From: Phoronis australis
Lineage: Eukaryota > Animalia > Phoronida
DNA: 64,000 nt
Direction: 5' to 3'
Assembly: GCA_002633005.1 (NCBI GenBank)
Contig: NMRA01000004.1
Location: 2,087,935-2,151,934 of the forward strand
The notes under the pieces are model-generated. The model had not been told where the DNA came from, made no database searches, and saw nothing but the letters and a program-made list of their open reading frames with translations. Of this stretch, positions 50,801 through 63,149 are shown one piece after another. A program made the translations under genes and the position numbers. Every line of letters starts with the position of its first letter. The stretch's first letter is position 1.

Positions 50801-51487
50801 ATTCGAAAGCCCTACAAAAATCATCAAGACGTGTAGACACCATTATCCGTAAAAGTAGTAAGCCTAAATTATTAGTAGCAAATTATTAAATTCCCGAATT
50901 AAATGTTCAAAGGTCCAGAGGTGACGCCGTTGTCGAGCACTTGTCTTTAGGGATGAAAGTAGGTGAATGCGCACCTCTCTTGCAGGTAGGTAGGTATACA
51001 TGATGTTATCGCCGTCTAACCGAAAACCTTTGCCGAGGGCCGAGCTAGTCTTCGTGGTCTGTAACACTTTGAGATACTGTACCTCGCCTCGTGGATTTCA
51101 TTTCTCTGTCGTTGTACTCCTTTACAGCTAAAATGAGATTTACCGTCTTCCCTCCCCACGTAATACGTTTTAGAGCAAAGCGCGATACGGCAGTCCCCTT
51201 CGAATTCCAATTTCAATGAAGCCGGGTGTGCGCGTGTCGTAGGCCTCGTTTTCTTTCGTGTCTGTTCGCGGAAACCAGGGATGTTTTTCCTTCTCGAAAG
51301 CTGCTCGCACGTCTGGTTTAATTACGTCCTCTAGACAGTTACCGGATATACATGTAGCCATGTGCGCCGAGTCTGTGTTCATCTCGCAATATTCGAAATC
51401 GGATCTGTCGACGAGTCTTAACATGAGGTCGTAGCAAAACTCCAACATGCGCAACTTCGCGTACTGAGACAAACAAGCGTACTTGAA
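47807..51487. repeat. Near-identical tandem duplications joined at single Ns (47807-48248 = 48250-48688; ~48343-49911 = 49913-51487)
   Basis: n at 48249 and 49912 lie exactly at the unit junctions; only scattered SNPs and small indels between units. Confidence 0.9.
49330..49911 (-). pseudogene. Polinton/Maverick-type protein-primed DNA polymerase B C-terminal fragment (duplicate)
   Basis: QYAKLRMLEF.YD...DRSDFEYCEMNTDSA, RTPG, KLEFEG, IALCSKTYY, FSCKGV, GFR, FTYFYP, VLDNGVTSGPLNI*; frameshifted. Confidence 0.85.
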
Positions 51488-51572
51488 GCGGCAGGTTCAG
51501 GCGGTTGGTCTTCTTTTTATCTCCAATTCGTAGGGTCCGTCCCTGATGTAGTTGACGTGTCTAAATTCCGGG
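50899..51572 (-). pseudogene. Polinton/Maverick-type protein-primed DNA polymerase B C-terminal fragment
   Basis: Same motifs as 49330-49911 plus upstream PEFRHVNYIRDGPYELEIK..LNLPLQV; frameshifts; catalytic DTDS read as NTDS. Confidence 0.85.
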
Positions 51573-52598
51573 AATTTGGACTTCCCGTTTAGCCTTAGCC
51601 TCTCTGCAGTGCTTCACGTCACGATGCCTTTCTTGATTCGTTACCGTGTTGCCATACGTGCTGTTACCTGTAAGTGTCTTCGTTTGCGTTACAATCGCTT
51701 TGTTTTTGTCTTCGTACCCTTCCCGCCTAGCGTCGCTGACTTCCTCAGTCAGTTCTCACTAAGGTTCGTCCGGGCAAAGACAGGGAATTTGTCATCGAAT
51801 TTAATGATCGAGATTAGTAAAATCAAAATCCCACTTATGCGTAAATTGCTTCTTCTTACTACTCGTTTTATCGGTTAATCTGGAATATAATTGCCAAATC
51901 CGGCTGGAGTATCGTAGTTAGATTTTGACACTGTCTGCTACTCTTGAGTTTTTGACGGAGATTTCCGAAGTAGGCCTATGTCCGCAAGTTCATAGCGGGA
52001 AATCACCTATCGTCAACTGCCAGGTTTCGTAGCAGCCCTACATGTACGTTAGTAGCCAGCAACCCTTGAATTTCCCATTATGAGCAACGTTTTTTATAAA
52101 AACAGAGTTAAAATACATTAAAATTGACACTAATTTATGTGGAGTACACTCAAATCAGGCCCGTGACCAGCATTGCGCAGGGGGTAATTCGAATTTCTGG
52201 AACTGTGGACCCGCGGAGGTCGACCCGCCAAACTTCCATGTCAGGCGTGCAAACATACTCAGACGGTACTTTTTAGTCTTAGAATGACTCGACGGAATTT
52301 TTATCTGGTTGTATTTGTGCGTGTTACTTACATCGCTGGGGCACAGCACGTTAGGCTGAACATTCACTACTCCGAAGGCTCACTACTGCGAAAGTATCTA
52401 AATTTTCCAAGCCAGGTTTAATTTTTATACTTTTGCATGCAAATGTAAACGATACTTCGGTTATTAGATGCGCCGAGTGATGTACCACGTGTATCAGTAC
52501 CAAAAACAACGTACGCGTACTATTAATTTCATTTGCATACGAAATTGCCTGCATGTCGTACATGTACGAATAAACTAAGTACGTTCTTGCATTTTTAA

Positions 52599-53318
52599 AA
52601 GGATACCAAGTCCGGGTTTGGCCTATTGACCGACAATAAGAATGACTTTCCCACCCATTTCTCTGAAACAAAATAATGCTCTGTAACCATTGACAACCCT
52701 CAAAAGTTTGCTGAAAATTGTGAACACTCTTTCAATGTTTGCTAAAGGAGCAAGCGCAACCTAGGCTTTTTGCGAATTACACGGCAACTGTGGGAAAAGT
52801 CCACCCAGCAAGGACCATACTGTCCAAACTTTGACATGGGGTGTATGAATTTTCATGTGATTCCTTCCTTAAAAAGGATTCTAAACCCTATGTTGATGAT
52901 TTCAACTAATCCTTGTTCTCTCACTTGGTGTTGTATCATTGGCGTCAATTTTGGAAGATGAAGCAAAAATCAGCTAAGAATTCATATCCACTATCTCACG
53001 AATTGGACATTATGGTCCTTGGTGGGTGGTCTTTCTTCACAGATGCCGCGTAACTTGCTAAAAGCATACATGTAGGTCATGCTTGCCCTTTTAGCAGAAA
53101 CTGTAAGGAGTCTTCTGATTTTCTTCAAAACTTTGGAGGCTTGTAAAGCCGAGCATTACTTCGGTTCAGAGAACTGGGTGAGCAAGTCGTTTTTAGTATC
53201 TGTTAACAGGATAAAACCGGGTTTGGTATACTTTTAACTTGGAAGATTGACGTCAGTGATGCATTAGCAGATGACAGGACGAGGATTGGTGGAAATCATC
53301 ACAGGGTTTACTATCCTT
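52599..53318 (+). mobile_element. Kolobok-like MITE (~350 bp) interrupted by a sibling copy
   Basis: TTAA|aaggatacc ... ctatcctt|TTAA; sequence runs continuously across the internal TTAA target when compared with the inner copy. Confidence 0.8.
52873..53233 (-). mobile_element. Same-family Kolobok-like MITE nested in opposite orientation
   Basis: Flanked by TTAA (52869-52872, 53234-53237); reverse complement aligns end to end with the outer element and with 61840-62155. Confidence 0.8.
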
Positions 53319-54295
53319 TTAAAAGAATACGAAGTAGGGATATTGCTGAATAATTACCTTACCCTGCGGAAGTGGTCGAAATTAAATGTAGTTAGAAAGC
53401 TACTCTGTCCCTGCCAGTCTTCACAAAGTCAGAGAGTCCTATTCAGTCTTCAGGTCGCCGCAGCCCTGACCCGTGCCCCAGATGTTGTCCCTGCTTGAGA
53501 ATGAGTCGTTAGATTCAAGAAGTCACGATTGAAAGTGATTGGAACGAACCTCATTTGTAAACAATGCAATCAATATTTTAAGAATCATTCAACTTTTGCA
53601 TTCCATTTAAATGACCACTAAATGAATACAAAAACAATATTTCATTCATGTCAGTTCCGACTAATTCGAAGACCAACAGAGTAATGAATTGACGGAGAAG
53701 TGAAACTTCAGAGTAGTGGACTTTCCGAGAAATAAACCTTCGGAATAGTGAAACGTTAACCTTGGAAATCTTTTGCATCATATTTGTTGCTCGTATGAAG
53801 TCTGCGAGGCTGTGTACCATTGTCACAGATGGACAAAGGCACACTTTCTTTATTGACTAAAGTTTCCTTAGGTCTAGACCTGCTTTTCCATAATACTGTG
53901 AACACGCTAGTTTCCTCAGTGCAAGAACACACAGTAGTTTATGTCTGTTTTTTGTTTGAGCAACGACAGAGGACTGCCTATACATGAAAGAATGAAAACG
54001 CACACATGCGTACACCCGCATGCACGTCAGTCCACCAATCCACAATGAAAGTGGACACTGGATGAACAACAATCATTTGACGATCATTCTCAATTCTAAA
54101 TGTGAAATGCCTGCACCTTGCCCTACTATGCTAGCAAGTACACCAACATAGCAGATAACAATCACATTTTCTGCTGTTTTGTTTCTTGGTTGATTTTTCG
54201 AAGTTTATGACACAATACTTTTTGATTGCTATTTCGCTGTTTTAAACATTAGCTAGTTGTAGACATTTACTTCTAGAATCCCTTGTTACCGTGTA

Positions 54296-54559
54296 TCGTG
54301 GGCCAAATGGGTGAACGTTACGCCGCTAAATTACATGCGTGACATAATTCTTGTTACAGGCGTAATTAAGTGCGGCATAAATGAATTATCGGTGGTATAA
54401 AGTAATTATTTGCGGCGTAAAGTAACCTTTAGCTCCGCAAATACATTATGTCGTAATGTAATAATTACTTTACGGCGTAAATAATTACGTTACGCCTCTA
54501 ACAAGAATCAACTTACGCACGTAATTTAACGGCGTAACGTTCACTCATTTGGCCAACGA
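54296..54559. mobile_element. Palindromic MITE with TA flanks
   Basis: tcgtgggccaaatgggtgaacgttacgccg / cggcgtaacgttcactcatttggccaacga; internal ggcgtaa/ttacgcc repeats; TA on both sides. Confidence 0.8.
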
Positions 54560-55701
54560 TAATATCGACAATAATGGCGTAGCAACCGCACACGTTTAAT
54601 GCCCATGAATGAAATAAAGTCTGTTCTAATCGTCTCTATAATCCTGTCATCTGCGCAAACATCACTTGGGCGAAGTTGGGCATAGGGGCCGGGCGGGTAG
54701 GACCCGATGATTAAGCGGCCCTATTCCCCTCTCAAAAATATTGGAAAATCACGCAAAATTACCCCACAAGGCTTAAAAATTCCCCAAGTTATTGAAAATT
54801 TCTCTTCGAAGTTCAAATCACCTAACCACACAGGTAACAATTTGAAAGAGCACAAAATGTTCCTTGAGACAGAGCCTATGAGAACTTGCAACAGGGCGGG
54901 GGTGCTATTGATGGTGATTTTTCCCTCACTCGGCGATAAAAATCCCCTCTCAGAAGGCACAGACACCTTTCCCCGGCCTCGGATGAACGAGGCCCCTGAA
55001 GAAACATGATAGCTATACTTGTTTGTCCAGTTAACTGAAATTGAGCTCTAAAACGAGGTTATGCTTTGCTGGACGAACGAATTACATGTACATGTAGGTG
55101 ATTTAATTTTAATTTTAATTTTCAACGTGGTTCAGGTTGATATTTGAAACCTAACATATGAAATAGTAATAAGATTTATTAAAACCAAGAAAGCAGAATT
55201 GGTGGTCAAATAATTTTTATTTTCAAGTACGAGCCTGGTTATTTATTTTAATAAAATTATATCTACTAACATCAATTATTTTGTCAGATCAATGACAAAT
55301 CAACTGTTAGTCCCGGTAGTCCCTACGTCACCAGGGCCTAGGCTATGCTTGAACTAAATGTGACTAATTGCAAATCACAGCAAAATGTGATGAGCCACCG
55401 CTGTAGAATATATCTTCAACTCGTCAACAATACGAGCAGATGTCCTGGTTCGTGTAGAAAGCATCATCAACAATTTTCAAGAAGAGACGTAACCCTGCAT
55501 TCACCATACCTAATCCGTAACACTACGGTCACCGCAATTTGGTCACATTTACATTTTATGTCTCGAGCCTAGTTTTCCGAAAAAAAACTTACACTATACC
55601 CTTTCGTCTGACAACTCTTTGGTGCATTAACTTGTTCTCTAATGTATTTTTCTACGTCTCTGTGTTTAATTATTGACCCATTTTTAAGATTTAATATCCA
55701 G

Positions 55702-55857
55702 AAGTGCGTTCAGTAACGCTAGGACCTACCTGTACGCTAGGACTTAGCTAAAATCTAGCTAACGCCACGGGCTCTCATTTGAAATACACGGCAGTGTCTC
55801 ACGTCATCTTGCGAAGTCTTGCTTTTCAGCGAGGTACTAGCGTTACTGAACGGGATG
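55702..55857. mobile_element. Small Harbinger-like MITE
   Basis: Perfect 16-bp IR cgttcagtaacgctag / ctagcgttactgaacg; CAG on both flanks five bases further out. Confidence 0.5.
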
Positions 55858-56214
55858 CAGGTTGGACTCGAAAGACCGGCCATTTAACTCACGCAATGTC
55901 AACTTCAGCTTTATTTATCGCAGTGAGCTTCGCTTTGGATTTTAATATACGCCACGTGAATTAGAACTATACATTAAAACAGTGCACATTCACTAGAACC
56001 AAGTGAAGACTGAAACATTGCATAAGTTTCTTTGTATGTAACACAGAACGGAACATTTTTATGTGCAATCACAAAAAGAGTTCTGTCGAATATTAACATA
56101 TTATTTCATCTGAGGTATGAACAAGTTCACAGCAAAAAACAAAAGAAAACAAAACATTCAAACACATCATCAAGACATCAATTACATCACATTTTTTCGG
56201 CGGTCAACTGACTA

Positions 56215-56420
56215 ATTTCCCTTTCAGTGTCAGATAATAACCTGTTCTCCGTACCCTGCATGTAGACTGAAGGGCACTCTCATCAAGTACAATGTGGTAC
56301 ACAGTCGCATAAATCAATGGAAAACAGTTTTTCCAAACAATTAGTTTTATCTGCTTCTAATAGTAACAGCAGGAACATGGTGCCAGGGAAACTAAACTAA
56401 ACACTTAGCAGACTTCATGC
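56215..56420 (+). repeat. Dispersed repeat, related to 47060-47300
   Basis: Shared motifs with 47060-47300. Confidence 0.6.
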
Positions 56421-56469
56421 CTAGACTATTGGGGAACAGGGGTAGCTAGTGCCATAGGTTATTCCGGTC

Positions 56470-56900
56470 GGCATGTTCGGGTGTGCTTACTGTGGGCTGG
56501 GATTTTTCCTCAATGGCAGAACATTATGGGATGGATAGAACGCCGTGGCGGAGAAAGGGCAGCATTTTGAGAACGTACACATGGTATGAGCTGACAATTT
56601 TAGCAGTGCCAAATATTCACGTTGACATGATCGTGATAAATCTGTAGATCAGTTCAGTCCAAAGACGGGTTCGAGCGGACCTTAATAGCTGCTTGTTACC
56701 CATTTGTGAGAACGTCGTCCTCGAGTCGGCTCACACTAATTTGAAAAACAAGTCGTTGAAACTGACATTTCGTGAGTGCACCCAAATATTACGGCGGACA
56801 ATTTGCAAAAAAGAAGAAGAAAAATGAAGCACAGTCATGGAAGACATGAAAGGTAGTTTAGCATTGCTTTTGATAAGCAATCGTACACGATTGTATCGTG
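56470..56900 (-). pseudogene. PIF/Harbinger (HARBI1-like) transposase N-terminal remnant
   Basis: RRNIWVHSR followed downstream by LKMLPFLRHG...KSQPTVS, resembling the L.FLATG...SQPTVS helix-turn-helix region; stops present. Confidence 0.45.
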
Positions 56901-59900
56901 CTTTCTTGGTCAAGAAGTAGCGCATGCGTGGAGATAGAGTAGAAGTGACTGATTTTGACATTATCACTGATCAATGAAAGCCCTTGTTTTTACCCTGTCT
57001 CAAAGCACCTGAAAAGGCATTGGCAGAAAGTACACTCTATGGGATTTAAAAATATGAAGAAGTTCATCAGAGCTATGCCTTTTTTACCTTGCTACATGTA
57101 TGTTTAGTGGAAATACTGAGATGCCAAAATGACCAGAAAAGTGCGATTTTGGCCATGTTTTACCAAAAACCATGAATTCACGACTGCTTCGGCCCATGAG
57201 GGGTGAGGAGACCACTTCACCATAGAGTCGAAAGGTTCCGGTAAAAACATGTCTTTACCAACCAGAATTTTTTACCTGAATCGCACCAAGAACTCAACTC
57301 TCAGCAAAGATGTGTTCTGAAAATAGTAGCAGTTCGGTATCCCAGTACCGTATTCGCTTTAATAACCACCAATGCCCTATACATGTAGGCGCTCCTCCCC
57401 CACGTGTTTTCAGACTTTGCTAAAATAAGCGCCCAGGCCATGAACGTGTACGAGTGAAAAATGCCTTACCTACAGTCCTAATATTCTACAGTAACGTCTT
57501 CAATTTATCAATAATATCCGACAGACCTGAAAAAATCATTGTGCGCGAAATGTGTAGACCACGAGCCTCACCGCTATGTCGGTATTTAGCCTTGGCTTTT
57601 CACTTCATTCAAACTTCTGCCTTGACTCAAAAAGAACGCTAAAGTTTTGCTGATCTTCGAGGAAGGTGTCTTACTATGGTCTGGCAGAACAGACGCGGCG
57701 TACTTGTCAACGAGATTGTATTATAGATATTTTCCCGCCCTCAACACGAATCCAAATTTCTTCGTACATCTGAAAACGGCGAACCGAAGACAATAAAAAA
57801 CTCGACCAGTGTTAAAAGCACGTGGCCAGGAAGCGCGCGCTACAAACATCTACCGGCTGTCATCAAAAGCATTAATCGGGAAGCATCCATTCATGATACG
57901 GGTAGTATAGCATCGGCTAGAAATGAATATTGGCACTAATTTCCGACAGTTTCTAATATCATAAAAATTGCGTTATTTTCAAGAGGGATTGTTTGACTAA
58001 TCATAATTGTTTTTTTAAAGCCAAATATTCGATAAAATGACTACTGACAGTGAATGCTTACACACCCTTACACCGAAAAATAACTGTCACATAGTCACGT
58101 ACGCATCCAGTCACACGGCGACTAATATTCGCATTTCCGAGACAATTTTCGAACGTTTTTTAGCAGATGAGTCCGGCAAGTGCTGAATGATGGAATCACG
58201 TTCTGCTTTCTGCTTGTGTACAATGCACATGTAGCTCGTAAGATTGCGTTTGCTCTGGCAAATGAACTCTGGTGACACGCACGCGTTCGCTTACTCACAC
58301 ACGCAGACGAACTTCAAAACAAACGTCATGTGACAACAAAATGTCCAGGGATTTTTTTCTCGTGTTCCGGGTTGGCCTAGGATCGTAGACACAGACTTGG
58401 ACTAAACATGTCGTTAATCCCGACTTTTTGGGGACTTAAATTTCAGGTATGCTTGAGTTGAAACTGTATGTTTATTCAAGCATTGAAGTTTCCATATCGA
58501 CGATTGCGAGAGAGTCAGTCGGCGAGTTTTCGCCCTGAGCTTTATGCACAATTTGCTGTAAAATGATCGTAATTTTAAGCAAAGTTTGATAGCAATGCAC
58601 CATAGTTTTGTAGAAGGTCTGTCATAGGCCACAGATACGTAAATACGCAGAATCTTAGCTTACGATTTCACCCGTTTCGGAGACCAGGTTTCAACCGCAT
58701 TGGGTTACAATAAGCGTACCCCCGAAACGAATTTTTCTAGTGCCCTGGGCGAATACGGTAGACAAGAGCGGAGGCCAAACTTCTGAACTGAATTTACTCA
58801 AAACAACTCCAATTAACTACTGAATACCATTCGCAGCAATCGCTTTCATCAGTTCACAAAACTGCCGTCGAACGTGATCCCCACCATCATTTTGTGGGAG
58901 AGCTACGAAGGCCCAAACGGTGTTCCTAGGTCTAGTGTGACTAGTACTACCAGGTTCACTCGAGTGGTGAAGGTGCAAGCAGTTTCACCGACTAAAACTG
59001 ATAGCGAAATATCATTTTCGTCAGGAATTAATTAGTTTGTTTCTTCACTACCCGATTCACTTTTTAAGCGAAATTTGATTTCAAAACAAGCTCGCTTTCT
59101 GCCATCACTCCTGTACATAAGTAGACCCAACTTGCGCACGTGTCGTTTGAAGTAACGGTCTGCCTATGAAAAGCAGAGCGAAAACCGGCGCGAGTAGTCT
59201 TGAAGTAATTCAAACCTCTAACAAATCGCCGGTAGAAGCGTCACTGCGACCGTTCACATTACTGCTGCTAGTGGGAGGAGCAAACATGTTGGCCGGGTAT
59301 AAGATACTACACTCTTTTGTTGCCTAATATGACGAAGTAAATGCACTAGTCGCTGTCCGGCGCTTTACTAACCAATGCGGCACTGAACTAGCCGAGCACA
59401 ATGTATTTGGTCGAAGTCATCGGCCTCGATTTCAGTTACTTCTACCCAATGACTGGAAGCCAACGTTAGAAAAAAAATGTTTCTAATGCATTACAGGACA
59501 TAAAGGACTTTGTTGTTTTATAGCTCTGGTCGAAGCTAATATCTTCAATGAATCTATTCTATCCAATGCATTCCCCAATACCCATTCCCAACCCAAACTC
59601 CATTGTTTTCATGTGAAACGACCGGTGAACCCGAGTCTTATTTCCTGTGCCGTATCAAACGTTGTGATTTCAAAGCCGTAAATAGTGTTGTCAACTAGTT
59701 GTAAACCATGGACTCATCGGTTAGATTTTCGGGTTGTTGAGCACCCGAATCCAAGGTTGCGTGACCTGCGAGAAACCATGCCACTAACAGAGAAAGTTGA
59801 TACCGAGTGTTGCGTCGGAAACGGGAATGCGCTTATCGCTGAAGTGTTTTCTATATTTGTAATTATTGACAAGGCTGTCGTGATTAACAGCGAAACGACG

Positions 59901-60419
59901 ATCGGTGAACGGTGTTATTTGTGCATATATTCCTCTGTTCTGTTAGCAATGGACGGCGTGAAACCTGAAACCAATTCATCACTTTAAGTTTGTAATAGAA
60001 TACATCATAATACATGTACACCTAAAATAGATTAGCCGTATATCTTTCAAAGTTCAGTCATTACGACCACGTCAGTAATCTAGTGCTACAGTAGTTAATG
60101 ATAACAAATGACCATCTGGTTTAATGATATTGAATTAAAGCTCACCGCCAATGTAACAAAAGATGCGACCAACTTGAAGGAAGTCTGATTTTGTGACACC
60201 ACGTTGGCGCAATAAGAAATTCAAAACATTTGTTGGAGCAATTGGCGGAATTGCATTGAGCTTAATTAGTTACACCTGGGAGTCCCGCGCAAATTCAGAG
60301 ACCCGACCTTGTCAAAATGGGAGTGATTTTTCGTCTGAATCCTAAAACAGGGACCAACCTTGTCGAAATTGTGAACTCATATGTGATGTTTCGTACATGT
60401 ACATGTATGTAACCCTTAA

Positions 60420-60650
60420 AAAGATACCAAACCAGGTTTTGGCCTAACAACAGATACTACGACTTTCCCATCCAGTTCTTTCAAACAAACCAATGCTCTG
60501 TAACCCTCGACAACTCTCAAAAAGTTAGAAGAAAGCTTGCTTTACGGCCAAGCGTGACTTATGCTTTTAACGAATTACACGGCAACTATGGAAAAAGACC
60601 CGCAACCCAACAACAGCCATAATATACATGTACAATCTGTGACATAAAGA
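60420..60650 (+). mobile_element. Truncated copy of the Kolobok-like MITE family
   Basis: TTAA|aaagataccaaacc... aatgctctgtaacc... cgaattacacggcaact shared with 52599 and 61840 copies; right end missing. Confidence 0.7.
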
Positions 60651-61839
60651 GTAAGATTTTATTGCTGTGACCTTTTATAAGTAAATAGCTTTGTTGTCCC
60701 CACATTTCGTAAACAAAAAACAGTTCACGATAGATTGGTGGTCGCTATAAGCTATAGCGGTACCTCATTACGTACGTATACCATTAACAGATGGTTGCAT
60801 ACGTCCGAGGCTTGACAATAGGGCGGTTCCGGATTACACGGCGATGGAACTCTCCTTTGTCTCGGAGATTATAAGCGCATGACAGTCCGACTAAACTGGA
60901 TCAACGCACCTGCCACAACTGGTAGTCATCCTAGGGCAGCCATACCCCGGAAACGTTTCGCCATAATTGTTGACACAGGAACTGTTTCACCATAGAAGGA
61001 TACATTACGAGGCCGTTGATGTTTTTCCTTCAAACTCGAACAAACTGTTCATCAATTACGAGTTCTTTTCATCGAGACTTGCGAAAAATCATAAAGTCAC
61101 ACTATTTTCCCCATACAAATCCAATATGCAAATTATTAAAAAATATCTCGGCCTCATTATTTTCACAACAATTTTATTTGCTATCAGAACCGAAACAACA
61201 GACCAATTAGAAGTTATCGATCGCCAGACCTCATTGTTACTTATCGAAACCACACTCCTACACTCAACACAAATCAATCACAGCAACATATTGTTTACGT
61301 TTTCACGTTCCTAGAATTATCAATGAAAATAAAGAACCCTGTTAAGTTCTATATGCGATAAACACCTACTCACTTGCTGGTCTTTCAAGATATCACAGGA
61401 ACAAACTTTTTGCTTCTTCGGCAACTACGTCCATCGTGAATCCATGTACAAATTGCACTATTACACGGAAATACAACCATTGTCCTCACGAACAGTAGAC
61501 GTATGCACATGCATTCACATACACACACATATACAAATGTAGATACTACATACGCACAAACATTTTGTTTATCTCTAGGGACTCCTATCTTGGTATAAGG
61601 AATGCTCTGCGTGTCTTTTTGTGAATAGTCTTGCAGAACGCAGTCGACCAAAGTGCCTACCTAGAGAACCACGATTGTTCTAACAATGCAGGAGCGTCAG
61701 CTACTGTCAAAAACAAACGCATTCACTTGCTGTACAAGTACGGTGTAACAACTTCGTTTTAAGCATCAAAGCTCAGTTGCAATCCATCTCTGAATGAAAA
61801 ATTCCGCATACAGTTGATAATTTTGTACAAGAAATTTAA

Positions 61840-62155
61840 AACGATACCAAACTCGGATTTGGTCATTTAACAAATATTGAAAACGACGTTCCCTTCCAAG
61901 TCACTGAATACAAATAATGCTCTGCAACCCTCGGCAACCCTCAAAGCCTCAAAGGTTTGGAGGAATATTTGGAAACTTTTCAAAGTTTGCTAAACGGGCA
62001 AGCGTGGCCTACGCTTTTAGCGAATTGCTCGGCAACTGTGGAGAAGGACCCCGTACTAAGAACCATAACATCCATTCTGTGACACAGTATGAGTCATGGT
62101 TGCATCTGCAGGTGATAGTTTGGCTTAAATCATCAACTCAGGGCTTAGTATCATT
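61840..62155 (+). mobile_element. Complete Kolobok-like MITE (316 bp)
   Basis: TTAA|aacgatacc ... tagtatcatt|TTAA; homologous to 52599-53318. Confidence 0.8.
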
Positions 62156-63149
62156 TTAAAATTTTTCATTAGCCGGCAGGTTTCGTGATCCCCTTCTACG
62201 GTCGCTGGAGGCTAGTGGTTAGTAAAAACTGAACTAGGGGCAAGGATAGGATTTGGTCACTTATGAATGAAGTGTATTAATACGGGTATTTCCAATTTGT
62301 AATATTTTGTTGGTCGCAAGAATGTGCTGATGCTGTAACTGGCAGGCAGAGTGGTTATCAAGTTTAGGAAAATCAAGAGTAATATGACAAGAAGATATTT
62401 TGTAGGAGTTAAGCTACACTGAATTAAAAAGATTTAAGGAAATTACTTGTACAATCTGAGGTAACCCTATTACCTCAGATTACTAGGACCCGTGGATTTT
62501 GATACCTTGGGGCCCCTACAAATCCTTGTTATGGCACTGTGTTGGAGAGTACACACTAGAAAGTGTCTATTGTATTGGTTGTTTCACCCCCCCTGAAAGA
62601 TAACCCCTGTTCACGTGTACACACGCGCTCCGACTAACCAGTGTTTTGTAAACTTAAGACACGACGTTTCGTGCTAAAAACCCCAACACAATGCCGCACA
62701 TCACCTGGTAGCGAGAATTTTTGTTAAGTTGCTCCAAACGTTTGAGATTTCATAGTGATTGCGTAGCAACATTCCGTTCCACAACATTGATACGATTAAT
62801 ACATAGTTATTTTGTCACTGGACTGAAAGAGTTCTCGTTTAAAGGTACCAACAATAATCTTAACAACCGACGAGTTGTAGTCCTCCAATCTCTTGATTAG
62901 TAGTGTGCAGCTGGAACCTTTCTAAACAACAGCAGATGCCCTGATGACTTCGACAATTGCCTTGGGGATTGTTTCACTTACGATGAAACGCAGTCTATTG
63001 TGTTTATTGATCACATCCATTAACTTATCGTTTTCTATGAAAATAAGACTTGTATGTGAAAGGATTTTTTCAAGGGTTACATTTCCCCCTATTTATAACT
63101 AATGGTATAGCACTGTCTGACTGATATCACACTTATTCAACCTATCATT

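Noticed and set aside
49330-51572. Functional or programmed-frameshift tandem PolB genes
   Set aside because: Multiple frameshifts, a mutated catalytic motif and missing N-terminus; the duplication coincides with N joins
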